NCBI GenBank assembly: GCA_050251755.1
Contig: JBFWME010000003.1
Span: 15,821-79,820, forward strand
DNA length: 64,000 nucleotides
Direction of reading: 5' to 3'
Origin: Lawsonibacter sp.
GTDB lineage: Bacteria; Bacillota; Clostridia; Oscillospirales; Oscillospiraceae
In this document: positions 37,873 to 47,914 of the stretch, piece after piece
Numbering within the stretch: the first letter of the stretch is position 1
How the letters are laid out: every line of letters begins with the position of its first letter
Notes under the pieces: model-generated
Seen by the model: only the letters and a program-made list of their open reading frames with translations
Told to the model about the DNA's origin: nothing
Database searches by the model: none
Translations under genes and position numbers: made by a program

Positions 37873-40329
37873 ATGAGCAAAGAACTGGATTTGTTAAATG
37901 TTACCACTATGCCGACGATTGCCCTGCGTGGGCTGACGATCTTTCCCAATGTAATGATCCACTTTGAAGTGGCCCGGGAGATGTCCATCAAAGCGTTGGA
38001 AGAGGCCATGACCAACGGAAGCCCTGTGTTTCTGGTGGGGCAGAAGGACATTTCGGTCGAGACGCCGGAGGAAAAAGACCTTTACCCCGTCGGGACCATC
38101 TCCAACATCCGCCAGATTCTCCGTATGCCGGGAGACAATGTGCGGGTCATGGTAGAGGGCCAGACCCGAGGCCGGATGCTGCGTCTGGTGCGCACACAGC
38201 CCTATCTCGAGGCGGAGGTCCAGGAAATCGGAACGGAGGAGGCCCCTTCCCGCATCACAGCCAAGCAAGAGGCCCTGATGCGTTCCACTTACGAATTGTT
38301 TCAGCGCTATGCCGAGCTGGCCACAAAGGTGTCGCCCGATCTGCTGATTCATATTTTAGCAAGTCAAGACCCTGGATATATTGCCGACTATATTGCCCAG
38401 AATATTGCGATGCGCAACCATGACAAGCAAGCGATTCTAGAGGAACTGCGCCCCGCCCGTCGGCTGGAGAAACTTTATCGCCTGTTGGAGCGCGAGGTGA
38501 ACATTCTGTCTCTGGATGCGGAAATTCAGACCAAAGCCCGGGAACAGATCGCAGACCATCAGCGGGATTACTACCTGCGTGAACAGCTGAAGGCGATTCA
38601 GGCAGAGCTGGGGGAAGGCGAAGGCGGCGACGAGTTTAAGGAATACCGAAAGAAGATTGCTGAGGCCAAGCTTCCGGACGAGGTGCGTGATAAGCTGAAC
38701 AAGGAGCTGGATCGTTTGGCGAAACAGCCATTTGGCTCTTCCGAGGCCACCGTTCTACGCAGTTATCTGGACGTATGTTTGGAGCTGCCATGGGGCAAGA
38801 GTACGAAAGAGAAAATCAGCGTTCCCGCGGTGAAAAAGGCTCTGGATCAGGACCACTTCGGTTTGGAGAAGGTAAAAGAGCGCATCCTGGAGTTCGTGGC
38901 GGTCAAACAGCTGGCGCCTAACTTGAAGGGGCAAGTGCTTTGCCTTGTCGGACCCCCCGGGGTGGGCAAAACCTCTGTTGCCATGTCCATGGCCCGCGCC
39001 ATGAACCGCAAGCTGGCACGGATTTCGCTGGGCGGTGTCAGTGACGAGGCGGAGATTCGGGGGCATCGCAAGACGTATGTGGGCGCCATGCCCGGGCGGA
39101 TCATCAACGCCATCAATCATGCTGGCAGCTGCAATCCTTTGATTCTTTTGGACGAAATTGACAAGCTGGGCCATGACCATCGTGGAGATCCGTCTTCCGC
39201 CCTTTTGGAGGTGCTGGACGGAGAGCAAAATTCCACGTTCCGGGACAACTTTTTGGAGCTCCCATTCGACCTGTCCGAGGTGCTGTTTGTCACCACTGCC
39301 AATACCACAGATACCATTCCACGTCCGCTCCTCGATCGGATGGAGGTCATCGAGCTGTCCAGCTATACGGACGAAGAGAAGCTTCAAATTGCCAAGGGGC
39401 ATCTGCTGCCGAAGGAACTCAAGCGCCATGGACTGACCAAGCAGCAGCTGAAGGTCTCCGACGGTGCCATTCGGGAGATCATCGCTTCTTATACGCGGGA
39501 GTCCGGCGTCCGGGTGCTGGAGCGGCAGTTGGCGTCCATTTGCCGAAAAGCCGCGATGAAATTGGTCACCAATAATGGAAAGGTAATTCGCATTACAGAA
39601 AAGGAGCTTTCTTCCTATCTGGGTGTTCCAAGGTACTATCCGGAGCGTCAGGCGCTGGAAGAGCGGGTCGGCGTGGTCAACGGTTTGGCCTGGACCTCTG
39701 TGGGCGGAGAGCTTTTGGAGGTAGAGGTCAATGTGATTCCCGGCTCGGGCAAAGTGGAGCTGACCGGAAACCTGGGCGATGTTATGAAGGAGTCTGCTCA
39801 CGCTGCCCTCAGCTATATCCGCAGCCAGTCGGATCGGCTTGGCATTCCTGCCGACTTCTATAAAGAAAAGGATATCCATGTTCACTTCCCGGAAGGCGCC
39901 GTGCCCAAGGACGGACCTTCGGCGGGCATCGCCATTACCACCGCGATGGTGTCCGCGCTCACCGGTTCTCCGGTGCGCCGCGGCCTCGCCATGACTGGCG
40001 AGGTCACCCTGCGGGGCAGGGTGCTGCCCATCGGCGGCCTGAAGGAAAAAACCATGGCTGCCTTCCGAAATGGAATCAAGACGGTCCTCATTCCGGCCGA
40101 CAACGGCAAGGATCTGGAAGAAATTGACCAGACTGTGCGGAAAGCACTCCACTTTATTTTGGTAGAGCGGGCGGATCAGGTCCTGTCTGCCGCGTTGATT
40201 CTGCCGTTCTCCCCGCTGGAGGAGAGCGCTGGAAACACTAAACCGAGCGTGAAGGACAACGTGGAGACTGCTGACCCGGTTCTTCCCCCCACAAAGGGGA
40301 GGCCGTCTGCCTGCCGGCTGTGCCAGTAA
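37873..40329 (+). CDS. lon: Lon protease (endopeptidase La)
   Basis: GPPGVGKTS, RGHRKTYVGAMPGR, DEIDK, PKDGPSAG, IGGLKEK. Confidence 0.98.
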   Translation: MSKELDLLNVTTMPTIALRGLTIFPNVMIHFEVAREMSIKALEEAMTNGSPVFLVGQKDISVETPEEKDLYPVGTISNIRQILRMPGDNVRVMVEGQTRGRMLRLVRTQPYLEAEVQEIGTEEAPSRITAKQEALMRSTYELFQRYAELATKVSPDLLIHILASQDPGYIADYIAQNIAMRNHDKQAILEELRPARRLEKLYRLLEREVNILSLDAEIQTKAREQIADHQRDYYLREQLKAIQAELGEGEGGDEFKEYRKKIAEAKLPDEVRDKLNKELDRLAKQPFGSSEATVLRSYLDVCLELPWGKSTKEKISVPAVKKALDQDHFGLEKVKERILEFVAVKQLAPNLKGQVLCLVGPPGVGKTSVAMSMARAMNRKLARISLGGVSDEAEIRGHRKTYVGAMPGRIINAINHAGSCNPLILLDEIDKLGHDHRGDPSSALLEVLDGEQNSTFRDNFLELPFDLSEVLFVTTANTTDTIPRPLLDRMEVIELSSYTDEEKLQIAKGHLLPKELKRHGLTKQQLKVSDGAIREIIASYTRESGVRVLERQLASICRKAAMKLVTNNGKVIRITEKELSSYLGVPRYYPERQALEERVGVVNGLAWTSVGGELLEVEVNVIPGSGKVELTGNLGDVMKESAHAALSYIRSQSDRLGIPADFYKEKDIHVHFPEGAVPKDGPSAGIAITTAMVSALTGSPVRRGLAMTGEVTLRGRVLPIGGLKEKTMAAFRNGIKTVLIPADNGKDLEEIDQTVRKALHFILVERADQVLSAALILPFSPLEESAGNTKPSVKDNVETADPVLPPTKGRPSACRLCQ

Positions 40330-40342
40330 GGAGAACGACAAT

Positions 40343-40930
40343 ATGCCCATCAATTTGCAGAAGACGGAGTTTATGTTATCCGCCGCCTCGCCCAAGGATT
40401 TCCTGCGGGACGGATTGCCACAGGTGGCGTTTGCCGGGCGGTCTAATGTAGGAAAGTCGTCGGTGATCAACCGACTGCTCAATCGGAAGAACTATGCCCG
40501 TGTGGGGGCCGCCCCAGGGAAAACCATCCACATCAATTATTTTAAAGTGGACGGCACCTTTTATCTGGTTGATCTCCCAGGTTACGGCTATGCCAAGGTG
40601 TCTAAAGATGAGCGGGATCGGTGGGGCAAGCTGATGGAAGATTATTTTGCCCATCCGGAGCTTATGACCCTGGGCGTTCTGATCGTAGATGCGCGTCACA
40701 AACCAACTGCCGACGACTGTACCATGGCTCAGTGGTTCAAGGACACTGGATGCCCTATGATTGTGGTGGCCAATAAGCTGGATAAGCTGAAAAAAAGTGA
40801 GGTCGAGCCGAATCTTCAGCGGATTCGTGACACCCTGGACCTGGGAGAAAGTGCCTCCGTCCTTCCGTTTTCCGCCGAAAAGGGGGACGGTCGGCAGGAC
40901 TTGCTCCATCTGATTTTCTCCCAGCTATAA
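40343..40930 (+). CDS. engB: ribosome biogenesis GTP-binding protein YihA/YsxC
   Basis: GRSNVGKSS, PGKT, DLPGYGYA, NKLDK. Confidence 0.97.
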   Translation: MPINLQKTEFMLSAASPKDFLRDGLPQVAFAGRSNVGKSSVINRLLNRKNYARVGAAPGKTIHINYFKVDGTFYLVDLPGYGYAKVSKDERDRWGKLMEDYFAHPELMTLGVLIVDARHKPTADDCTMAQWFKDTGCPMIVVANKLDKLKKSEVEPNLQRIRDTLDLGESASVLPFSAEKGDGRQDLLHLIFSQL

Positions 40931-40939
40931 GACCCGATG

Positions 40940-40980
40940 AAAAACCCTCTTGGCGTCCGTCGGATTCCAAGAGGGTTTTT
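40940..40980. terminator. intrinsic terminator
   Basis: AAAAACCCTCTTGG...CCAAGAGGGTTTTT. Confidence 0.88.
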
Positions 40981-41064
40981 GGCCGAGGAAGGTGGAGTCT
41001 GTGGCGTGTTTGAAACGCGCCTCTGCGCCTGCCCTTGCTCCGGGGGCTGTAAATGGAAATTTCC

Positions 41065-41093
41065 TTGTGTTTTTTGGGATTTCTTGCTATAAT
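41065..41093 (+). promoter_or_regulatory. sigma-A promoter of scpA operon
   Basis: TTGTGT, 17 bp, TATAAT with TG extension. Confidence 0.65.
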
Positions 41094-41131
41094 AATTTGA
41101 TTTGATTTATGCACAGCAGGGAGGCGAGGCC

Positions 41132-41929
41132 ATGGAGGGACCCATTTACCATCTGGAAGGGGTGGTGAAGGCGAAGGAAGAAAACATGGGTGACTTTGTA
41201 GGCCCTCTGGATCTGATTCTCCATTTGCTGAGCAAGAACAAAATGGAGATCAAGGACATTCAGATCTCTCTGATTCTGGAGCAATACCTCCAATGGATGG
41301 CTCAGCGGCGGGAACTGGACCTGGAGGTGGCCAGCGAGTTTATTACCATGGCGTCCCAACTGATTTATATCAAGACCAGAATGCTGCTGTCCATCCACGA
41401 CGAGGAGGCTATGTCCGAGATGGAACAGCTGATCGCCACACTGGAAGCCCACCAGCGCAACGAAAATTATATGAAAATCAAAGCGGTCGTTCCCGCGCTG
41501 GACGACCGATACCGATACGGACGGGACTACCTGGTCAAAGAACCGGAGCCCATTCAGCAAGACAAAACCTATCGCTATGTCCACCAGAAAGAGGACTTGT
41601 ACAAGGCGATGGCCTCTGTACTCAGCCGGGTGGACAACAAGCTTCCCCCACCCATGTCGGCCTTTCAGGGAATCGTGGGCCGTGAGCCATACCCGGTTAC
41701 CGACAAGGCGGGGGAGATCCTCCAGCGTCTGATCCACTTTGGGGTGGCCAGATTCCGGGCATTATTCAAGGGCAGCCGCAGCCGCTCTGAGGTGGTAGCG
41801 ACCTTCTTGGCGGTGCTGGAACTCTGCAAGGCCCGCCGTGTCCGTTTGGCCGGCACGGAGGAGGACTGTACCGTTACCTGTACCCAGGTCGAGGAGGCGG
41901 AGGCGGCGGTGACCACCGACAGCTATTAG
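41132..41929 (+). CDS. scpA: segregation and condensation protein A
   Basis: F.GPLDLILHL, ASEFITMAS.LIYIK, VVATFLAVLELCK. Confidence 0.95.
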   Translation: MEGPIYHLEGVVKAKEENMGDFVGPLDLILHLLSKNKMEIKDIQISLILEQYLQWMAQRRELDLEVASEFITMASQLIYIKTRMLLSIHDEEAMSEMEQLIATLEAHQRNENYMKIKAVVPALDDRYRYGRDYLVKEPEPIQQDKTYRYVHQKEDLYKAMASVLSRVDNKLPPPMSAFQGIVGREPYPVTDKAGEILQRLIHFGVARFRALFKGSRSRSEVVATFLAVLELCKARRVRLAGTEEDCTVTCTQVEEAEAAVTTDSY

Positions 41930-41946
41930 GAGAGGAGGCCGACGCT

Positions 41947-42600
41947 TTGGAAGTGAAAGAACTGGAATCCGCCCTGGAGGGTGTGCTGTTTGCCTCCGGT
42001 GAGCCGGTAGCGGTAGAGCGGCTGTGTCTGGGGCTGGAGGTTGACCGGCCGACGTTAGACGCCGTGGCCCAACAGCTGATGGATCAATACAGGTATGAAC
42101 GACGGGGGATTCGCTTGCTCAAGCTGGATGCCAGCTATCAGCTGTGCTCCGCGCCCGAGTTTGCGCCCCACATCCGCAAGACCCTGGAAAGCCGAAAGCC
42201 GGCCCGCCTTTCTCAGCCGGCCCTGGAGGTGTTGGCCATCATTGCCTATTACCAGCCGGTGACCCGGGCCTATGTGGACCAGGTGCGTGGGGTGGATAGC
42301 GCCTATACCGTGAGCTTGCTTTTTGAGCGGGAGCTCATTGAGGAGGCGGGGCGCCTGGCGGTTCCGGGTCGTCCGACCCTGTTTCGTACCACGAAAAATT
42401 TTCTGCGGTCGTTCGGACTTGGCAGCTTGGACGAGCTGCCTGAACTGCCTGATCCCTCCAGGGAGGGAGAGCAGCTTACCCTGGAGCTGAAAGAGGCGGT
42501 GGCCAGACTTGAGTCCATGGAGGAGAACGAGGAAACCCGAGACGGGCCGATCTCCAAGCAGGAAGCTCCCGCGCCGGAGGCACCGGCAGGTGCGGTGTGA
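41947..42600 (+). CDS. scpB: segregation and condensation protein B
   Basis: LEGVLFASGEP, LSQPALEVLAIIAY.QPVTR, GRPTLFRTT..FL..FGL.SL.ELP. Confidence 0.95.
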   Translation: MEVKELESALEGVLFASGEPVAVERLCLGLEVDRPTLDAVAQQLMDQYRYERRGIRLLKLDASYQLCSAPEFAPHIRKTLESRKPARLSQPALEVLAIIAYYQPVTRAYVDQVRGVDSAYTVSLLFERELIEEAGRLAVPGRPTLFRTTKNFLRSFGLGSLDELPELPDPSREGEQLTLELKEAVARLESMEENEETRDGPISKQEAPAPEAPAGAV

Positions 42601-43235
42601 AGGCCCTGTATGTCCTGACCGCGGTTCTGCTGGTTCTGTTTTTGATTGGAAAAATCCGTGTGGGCGGTGGGACGGAGTACAGCGTCCACGGATTTGAGGC
42701 TTGGATTCGGCTGGGCGCGGTTCGCCTGCGGGTCTTTCCGCGGGCCCGGGCCAAAGCGGACAAGCCCCACAAGAAAAAAGAATCCCGCAAGAAGCAGCCG
42801 CCCCAGAAAGAAGAACCGGTATCCGCGGGGCAAAGGCTTGGAGGTACGCTGGAGTATGCCAGAGCCATTTTGCCCATCGGCCTGGAAGCTGCGGGTCAGT
42901 TTTCTCAGAAACTCCGGATGGACAGCCTTTATCTGGAGTTGACCGTGGGGGCATCCGACCCTGCCGACGCCGCTTTGCGCTATGGACAGGCAAACGGGGT
43001 GCTGGGAGCATTTTGGGTTCCGCTGACCCAAACGTTCCATGTGAAAGATGGCAAGGCTCTGGTTCAGGTGGACTTTGATGCCCGGGAGACGACGGTATAT
43101 GGCTCCGCGGCCCTGTCCTTGAACGTTGGGCAGATTGTTTGGCTGGGACTTTATTTTGGATGGAAAACCCTTCGGGCGCTCCTCCCCGTCCATAAACGGC
43201 AGAAAACAAAACAGCAGCAGAGAAAGGCGGCTTGA
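42597..43235 (+). CDS. DUF2953 domain protein (YtfI-like)
   Basis: N-terminal TM, Lys-rich insert, DPADAALRYG motif; sits directly before ytfJ as usual. Confidence 0.8.
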   Translation: MKALYVLTAVLLVLFLIGKIRVGGGTEYSVHGFEAWIRLGAVRLRVFPRARAKADKPHKKKESRKKQPPQKEEPVSAGQRLGGTLEYARAILPIGLEAAGQFSQKLRMDSLYLELTVGASDPADAALRYGQANGVLGAFWVPLTQTFHVKDGKALVQVDFDARETTVYGSAALSLNVGQIVWLGLYFGWKTLRALLPVHKRQKTKQQQRKAA

Positions 43236-43237
43236 TT

Positions 43238-43660
43238 ATGGAAAAGAACAACCCATTGAGCGAGTTGATGCGTACCACGATGGAGAGCGTCCGTGCCATG
43301 GCTGATGCCAACGCCATCATTGGGACGCCCATTCAGGCGGACGGGGTGACTCTGATTCCGGTGTCCCGGCTGTCCTTTGGTGTAGCCGGGGGCGGAACGG
43401 AATTTTCCACCAAAAAGCAGCCGGCCGGCGACAACGGTTTTGGAGGGGGAAGCGGCGCCAGTGCCAAGATCGAACCCGTGGCGTTTTTGATTGTCCGGGA
43501 TGACTCCGTCAAGCTCCTGCCGGTAGCCCCTCCGCCCGCCACCACTGTGGATCGGGTCATTGAGACCGTCCCCGAGGTGGTGGATAAGGTGACCGGCTTC
43601 ATCGAGCGCCAACAGGAGAAAAAAGAAAAGTCGAAGCCGGAAAGCGACTTCGCCGAATAA
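43238..43660 (+). CDS. ytfJ: sporulation/germination protein YtfJ (GerW family)
   Basis: D.N.IIGTPI, LIPVSRLSFG.AGGG.EF, FGGGSGA...IEPVAFLIV. Confidence 0.93.
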   Translation: MEKNNPLSELMRTTMESVRAMADANAIIGTPIQADGVTLIPVSRLSFGVAGGGTEFSTKKQPAGDNGFGGGSGASAKIEPVAFLIVRDDSVKLLPVAPPPATTVDRVIETVPEVVDKVTGFIERQQEKKEKSKPESDFAE

Positions 43661-43748
43661 AAATACAAAATTTCCCCGCGATAAAATCCAATGAGACGTT
43701 TGATACTAAGATCACTGCTAATTCTTTTGATTTGGGAAGGTGACCAAT

Positions 43749-44858
43749 GTGAAACGTTTCCTTGGGGCGGTGTTTGCCGCTGCGTTGCTGCTGACTCAGA
43801 TGCCCACCGTATCCGCGGTGGGCACCTCAGCGTCCTCTGCCATTTTAATGGACGGGGACAGCGGGCGGATCCTTTATGAGCAAAATGCCCATGATCGGCG
43901 CCTGATTGCCAGTATTACCAAGCTGATGACCGCTTTGGTGGCGCTGGAGTCGGAGCATGCGCTGAACGAGATGGTGACCATTGCGCCTGCCTGGGCGGGA
44001 GCAGAGGGCTCGACCATCTATCTCCAGCCGGGAGAGCAGATTACGCTGGAGACCCTGCTTTATGGGATGCTTCTGCGCTCGGGTAATGATGCGGCCTTAG
44101 CTGTGGCCGGATACTGCGGGGGCGATGTGGAGACCTTTGTGGCACGCATGAATGAGAAAGCGAGCCAGCTTGGAATGGTGGACAGCCACTTCTCCAATCC
44201 AAACGGCCTGAATGCCGAGGATCACTACTCTACCGCCTACGACATGGCGCTGCTTGCCAGGGCTTGTCTGGACAACGAGACGCTTGCAAACATGGTGTCG
44301 ACCAAGTCGATCACCTTGGGTACTCGTCTCTTTACCAACCACAATAAACTGCTGTGGCAGTACGAAAGCTGTATTGGACTGAAAACCGGATTTACCGAGA
44401 AGGCGGGCCGTACCCTGGTTTCGGCGGCAAAGCGGGACGGACTGACGCTGATTTGTGTCACGCTGAACGATCCAAACGACTGGGCGGATCACGCGGCTTT
44501 GTTTGACTACGGGTTTGAGAACTACAGCGCCGAACCCCTGGCGGATGAAGGGGAGACGCTGTGTCGCCTGCCGGTCTCAGGCGGACTGATTCCGTTTTGC
44601 CCCGCAGTGGCGGAAACTTCTGCGGTGCTGTGCATGGCTCCGGGCGAAACGGTTCGACGGGAGCTGCAGCTGGATGCTCCCGCGCTCTTTGCGCCGGTGT
44701 CCGCCGGAAGCCGGTTGGGAGAGGCGGTTTACTATCTGGATGACAAAGAGATTCTGAGGGTTCCGCTGTTGGCAGGACACTCAATTTCCAATGCGTTGGC
44801 CCCGAAACAGAGGCTGCTGGACCAGCTGCGCGAGCGGCTGGCGGATCTGTCCGCGTAA
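43749..44858 (+). CDS. dacB: D-alanyl-D-alanine carboxypeptidase (S11, DacB-like)
   Basis: Signal peptide; SxxK IASITK, SxN RSGND, KTG LKTGFT; symbol inferred from sporulation-gene context. Confidence 0.88.
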   Translation: MKRFLGAVFAAALLLTQMPTVSAVGTSASSAILMDGDSGRILYEQNAHDRRLIASITKLMTALVALESEHALNEMVTIAPAWAGAEGSTIYLQPGEQITLETLLYGMLLRSGNDAALAVAGYCGGDVETFVARMNEKASQLGMVDSHFSNPNGLNAEDHYSTAYDMALLARACLDNETLANMVSTKSITLGTRLFTNHNKLLWQYESCIGLKTGFTEKAGRTLVSAAKRDGLTLICVTLNDPNDWADHAALFDYGFENYSAEPLADEGETLCRLPVSGGLIPFCPAVAETSAVLCMAPGETVRRELQLDAPALFAPVSAGSRLGEAVYYLDDKEILRVPLLAGHSISNALAPKQRLLDQLRERLADLSA

Positions 44859-44882
44859 ACAGGCGGAAAAAGGAGGATTCCA

Positions 44883-45614
44883 ATGGAAGAGCGGCTGCAA
44901 AAATTGATTTCTTCCTGTGGGCTGGCCTCTCGTCGCACGGCGGAGGAGTGGATCGTGGCCGGAAAAGTGACGGTGAATGGACAAAAAGCACGTCTGGGGG
45001 ACAAGGCAGACCCGGATCGGGACAGAATTTTGGTAGACGGCAGCCCCTTGAGGCCGGGAGGCGACCGCACTTACCTGATGCTAAACAAACCCAGGGGCTA
45101 TGTTACGACCTTATCTGACGAGAAGGGGCGCAAGTCGGTGGCTGACCTGGTATCCGAATGCGGTGCACGGGTTTGGCCGGTGGGCCGGCTGGACATCGAC
45201 TCGGAGGGACTTCTGATTTTGACCGATGACGGAGCGCTGACACACCATCTGCTTCATCCCAGTCAAGAGGTGGAGAAAGAATATTTGGTCTGGGTCACCG
45301 GAGACGTGAAAAAGGCCCTGCCCATTTTGTCTGCCCCCATGGAATTGGACGGAGATCGGCTGGCCCCGGCCAAAGTGCGCCGGGGAAGGAGCAGCGGCGT
45401 CGTGTCACAGCTGTCCGTGGTGATTCATCAAGGGAAAAACCGGCAGGTTCGCAGGATGTGTGCGCAAGCCGGGCTGACGGTGCTGCGGCTGAAGCGGGTC
45501 CGGGAGGGGGAACTGTCCCTGGATCGGGCGCTGGCTCCCGGGGCATGGCGGAAGCTGACCGCTCAGGAGATCCTTCTCCTGAAGCAGAACGGGAGGGATC
45601 CTTCCATAGAGTAG
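44883..45614 (+). CDS. rluB: rRNA pseudouridine synthase (RluB/RsuA family)
   Basis: S4 ERLQKLI...SRR, LNKPRGY, VGRLD.DSEGLL, GKNRQVRRM. Confidence 0.9.
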   Translation: MEERLQKLISSCGLASRRTAEEWIVAGKVTVNGQKARLGDKADPDRDRILVDGSPLRPGGDRTYLMLNKPRGYVTTLSDEKGRKSVADLVSECGARVWPVGRLDIDSEGLLILTDDGALTHHLLHPSQEVEKEYLVWVTGDVKKALPILSAPMELDGDRLAPAKVRRGRSSGVVSQLSVVIHQGKNRQVRRMCAQAGLTVLRLKRVREGELSLDRALAPGAWRKLTAQEILLLKQNGRDPSIE

Positions 45615-45655
45615 GCGCTTTTTGCAAGAAGAAATGAAATTCCTGCAAAAAGCGC
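45615..45655. repeat. perfect 12-bp inverted repeat abutting rpiR -35
   Basis: GCGCTTTTTGCA (45615-45626), 17 nt, TGCAAAAAGCGC (45644-45655). Confidence 0.85.
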
Positions 45656-45684
45656 TTGCATTTTTCTGCGTTACAGGTTAAGAT
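45656..45684 (+). promoter_or_regulatory. sigma-A promoter of rpiR-cmk-ispH operon
   Basis: TTGCAT, 17 bp, TAAGAT. Confidence 0.65.
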
Positions 45685-45737
45685 AATTCCACATATGCTC
45701 AACCTTTGAGCAAACCAAATCAGGAGATGATAATGGA

Positions 45738-46601
45738 ATGAATCATGACATTCTTACCTTGATTCAAGAAAATATGCATACCTTTTCCAAGGGACAGAAA
45801 AGGATTGCCGGTTTTATTTTAGAGTCCTATGACAAAGCGGCCTTCATGACGGCCAGCAAACTGGGAAAACGGGTCGGTGTCAGCGAGTCCACGGTGGTTC
45901 GTTTTGCTGCCGAACTCGGATACGATGGGTATCCCGATATGCAAAAATCCCTGCAAAAGATGATTCGGAACCGACTGACCTCGGTTCAGCGCATCGAGGT
46001 GACCAATGACCGGATCGGGAACCAGGATCTGATATCCATGGTTCTGCAGTCAGACATGGAAAAAATCCGTCTGACGCTGGAAGAATTAGACCGGGATGCC
46101 TTTGAAAAAGTGGTGGAAGCCATTGTTTCTGCCCATAAAATCTATATCATTGGGGTGCGGTCCTCCGCTGCCATCGCCACCTTTCTGGCGTTCTACTTCA
46201 ATCTGATTTTTGACAACGTGGTAAAGGTGTCGGCCAACACCGCCAGCGAGGTCTTTGAAAATCTGCTTCGGGTCGGGGAAGGAGACGTGGTTCTCGGTGT
46301 CAGCTTTCCCCGCTATTCCAGCCGGACGGTTCAGGCCATGAGTTTTGCTCGGGACCGGGGCGCAACCACTGTGGCCATTACCGACAGCGAGGCGTCTCCG
46401 CTGTCACCCATCTGCACGTATACCTTAAAAGCCCGCAGCGATATGGCCTCCTTCGGCGACTCTCTGGTGGCCCCGCTTTCGCTGGTCAACGCGTTGCTGG
46501 TGGCGGTCAGTCGAAAGAAAAATGATGATTTGGCGGCAACCTTCCAGACCTTGGAGCACATCTGGGAGGAATATGGCGTCTACGAGAAGGTGCAGGATTG
46601 A
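45738..46601 (+). CDS. MurR/RpiR family transcriptional regulator
   Basis: HTH LGKRVGVSESTVVRFA.ELGYDG; SIS domain YIIGVRSS, SFPRYS, AITDS.ASPL. Confidence 0.95.
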   Translation: MNHDILTLIQENMHTFSKGQKRIAGFILESYDKAAFMTASKLGKRVGVSESTVVRFAAELGYDGYPDMQKSLQKMIRNRLTSVQRIEVTNDRIGNQDLISMVLQSDMEKIRLTLEELDRDAFEKVVEAIVSAHKIYIIGVRSSAAIATFLAFYFNLIFDNVVKVSANTASEVFENLLRVGEGDVVLGVSFPRYSSRTVQAMSFARDRGATTVAITDSEASPLSPICTYTLKARSDMASFGDSLVAPLSLVNALLVAVSRKKNDDLAATFQTLEHIWEEYGVYEKVQD

Positions 46602-47902
46602 CCGAAAAAGACAATGTGTTGATTGTGGTGGGCGGAGGAGCCTCCGGCATGATGGCGGCCATCACGGCGGCCCGGCTGGGGGCCAAAGTCCGTCTGTTAG
46701 AGCGCAATCCAAAGGTGGGCCGAAAATTGTATATTACCGGGAAAGGCCGGTGCAATGTAACCAACCACTGTTCTCCGGAGGAGGTGTTGGCTGCCGTCCC
46801 CCGCAACGGCCGTTTCCTGCACAGCGCCATGAGCCGAACCACCCCTGCCGATGTAGAGCAGTTTTTTCGCGGCCTGGGCGTTGAACTGAAGGTGGAGCGC
46901 GGCAACCGGGTCTTTCCAAAGTCCGACAAGTCTGCCGACATCATTGACGCCCTGTTTTTTGAGCTGCGTCGTCTTCGTGTCCCCATCGTTCAGACGAGGG
47001 TCAGTGGGCTGAACTGCCGGGACGGCTCGGTGGTCGGCGTGGAAACGGATCAGGGAACAATGCCGTGCCGGGCGGCGATTTTGGCCACAGGAGGACTGTC
47101 CTATCCGGCAACCGGCTCAACTGGAGACGGGCATCGGATTGCAAAGGAACTGGGCCATACGATTGTGGAACCCCGTCCGTCTCTGGTCCCGTTGGAATCG
47201 CCCGATGCCGTCTGCGGACAAATGCAGGGGTTGGCCCTGAAGAACGTAGTCTTGACGGTAAAGAATCAAAAGGGTAAAATCATATATCAGGAGCAGGGTG
47301 AGCTTTTGTTCACTCATTTTGGACTGTCCGGCCCCCTGGTATTATCGGCCAGCGCCCACATGAAGGTGTTTGGAACGGATCACTATACCTGTTCCATCGA
47401 CCTGAAGCCCGCACTGGATGAGTCTACCCTGGATGCCCGTCTGGTGCGGGAGCTGTCTGCCAATGCCAATAAAGACATGGGAAATCTGATGGATATCCTT
47501 GTGCCGCGGTTGATGGGACCGGTTCTGTTGGAACGGGCGGACATCCCCCTTGGAAAAAAGGCCCATGACGTTACTAAGGCGGAGCGTCGCCGCCTGCTGG
47601 AGCTGCTGAAAGGCTTTTCGGTGCCGGTGAGTGGCCCCAGGCCAATCGCTGAGGCGATCATTACCTCGGGCGGCGTCAAAGTGGGGGAGGTAGACCCTAA
47701 GACGATGGCCTCAAAACAAGTGGCCGGTCTGTTTTTTGCCGGAGAATTGCTGGACGTAGACGCTTACACCGGCGGGTTCAACCTTCAAATCGCCTGGGCT
47801 ACCGGCCGGGCGGCGGGACAGAGCGGAGCGGAGTACGTCTTGCCTCCGAGTGAAGACGGCGGCTTAACGGACAGAGAAGAGAAATCCGCGACGATACATT
47901 GA
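46598..47902 (+). CDS. HI0933/YhiN/BaiN-family flavoprotein oxidoreductase
   Basis: VGGGASG, GRKLYITGKGRCNVTN, ATGGLSYP.TGSTGDG, LFTHFGLSGP, TGGFNLQ; the E. coli member was, as I recall, reported as an rRNA dihydrouridine synthase. Confidence 0.9.
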   Translation: MTEKDNVLIVVGGGASGMMAAITAARLGAKVRLLERNPKVGRKLYITGKGRCNVTNHCSPEEVLAAVPRNGRFLHSAMSRTTPADVEQFFRGLGVELKVERGNRVFPKSDKSADIIDALFFELRRLRVPIVQTRVSGLNCRDGSVVGVETDQGTMPCRAAILATGGLSYPATGSTGDGHRIAKELGHTIVEPRPSLVPLESPDAVCGQMQGLALKNVVLTVKNQKGKIIYQEQGELLFTHFGLSGPLVLSASAHMKVFGTDHYTCSIDLKPALDESTLDARLVRELSANANKDMGNLMDILVPRLMGPVLLERADIPLGKKAHDVTKAERRRLLELLKGFSVPVSGPRPIAEAIITSGGVKVGEVDPKTMASKQVAGLFFAGELLDVDAYTGGFNLQIAWATGRAAGQSGAEYVLPPSEDGGLTDREEKSATIH

Positions 47903-47914
47903 AATTGGAGCGAC

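Noticed and set aside
38755-40482. Long antisense ORFs (575 aa opposite lon; likewise 24531-25883, 34124-35545, 11884-12966, 57509-58588 and others)
   Set aside because: They mirror well-identified + strand genes, show no recognisable motifs, and are the expected shadow of GC-rich codon bias
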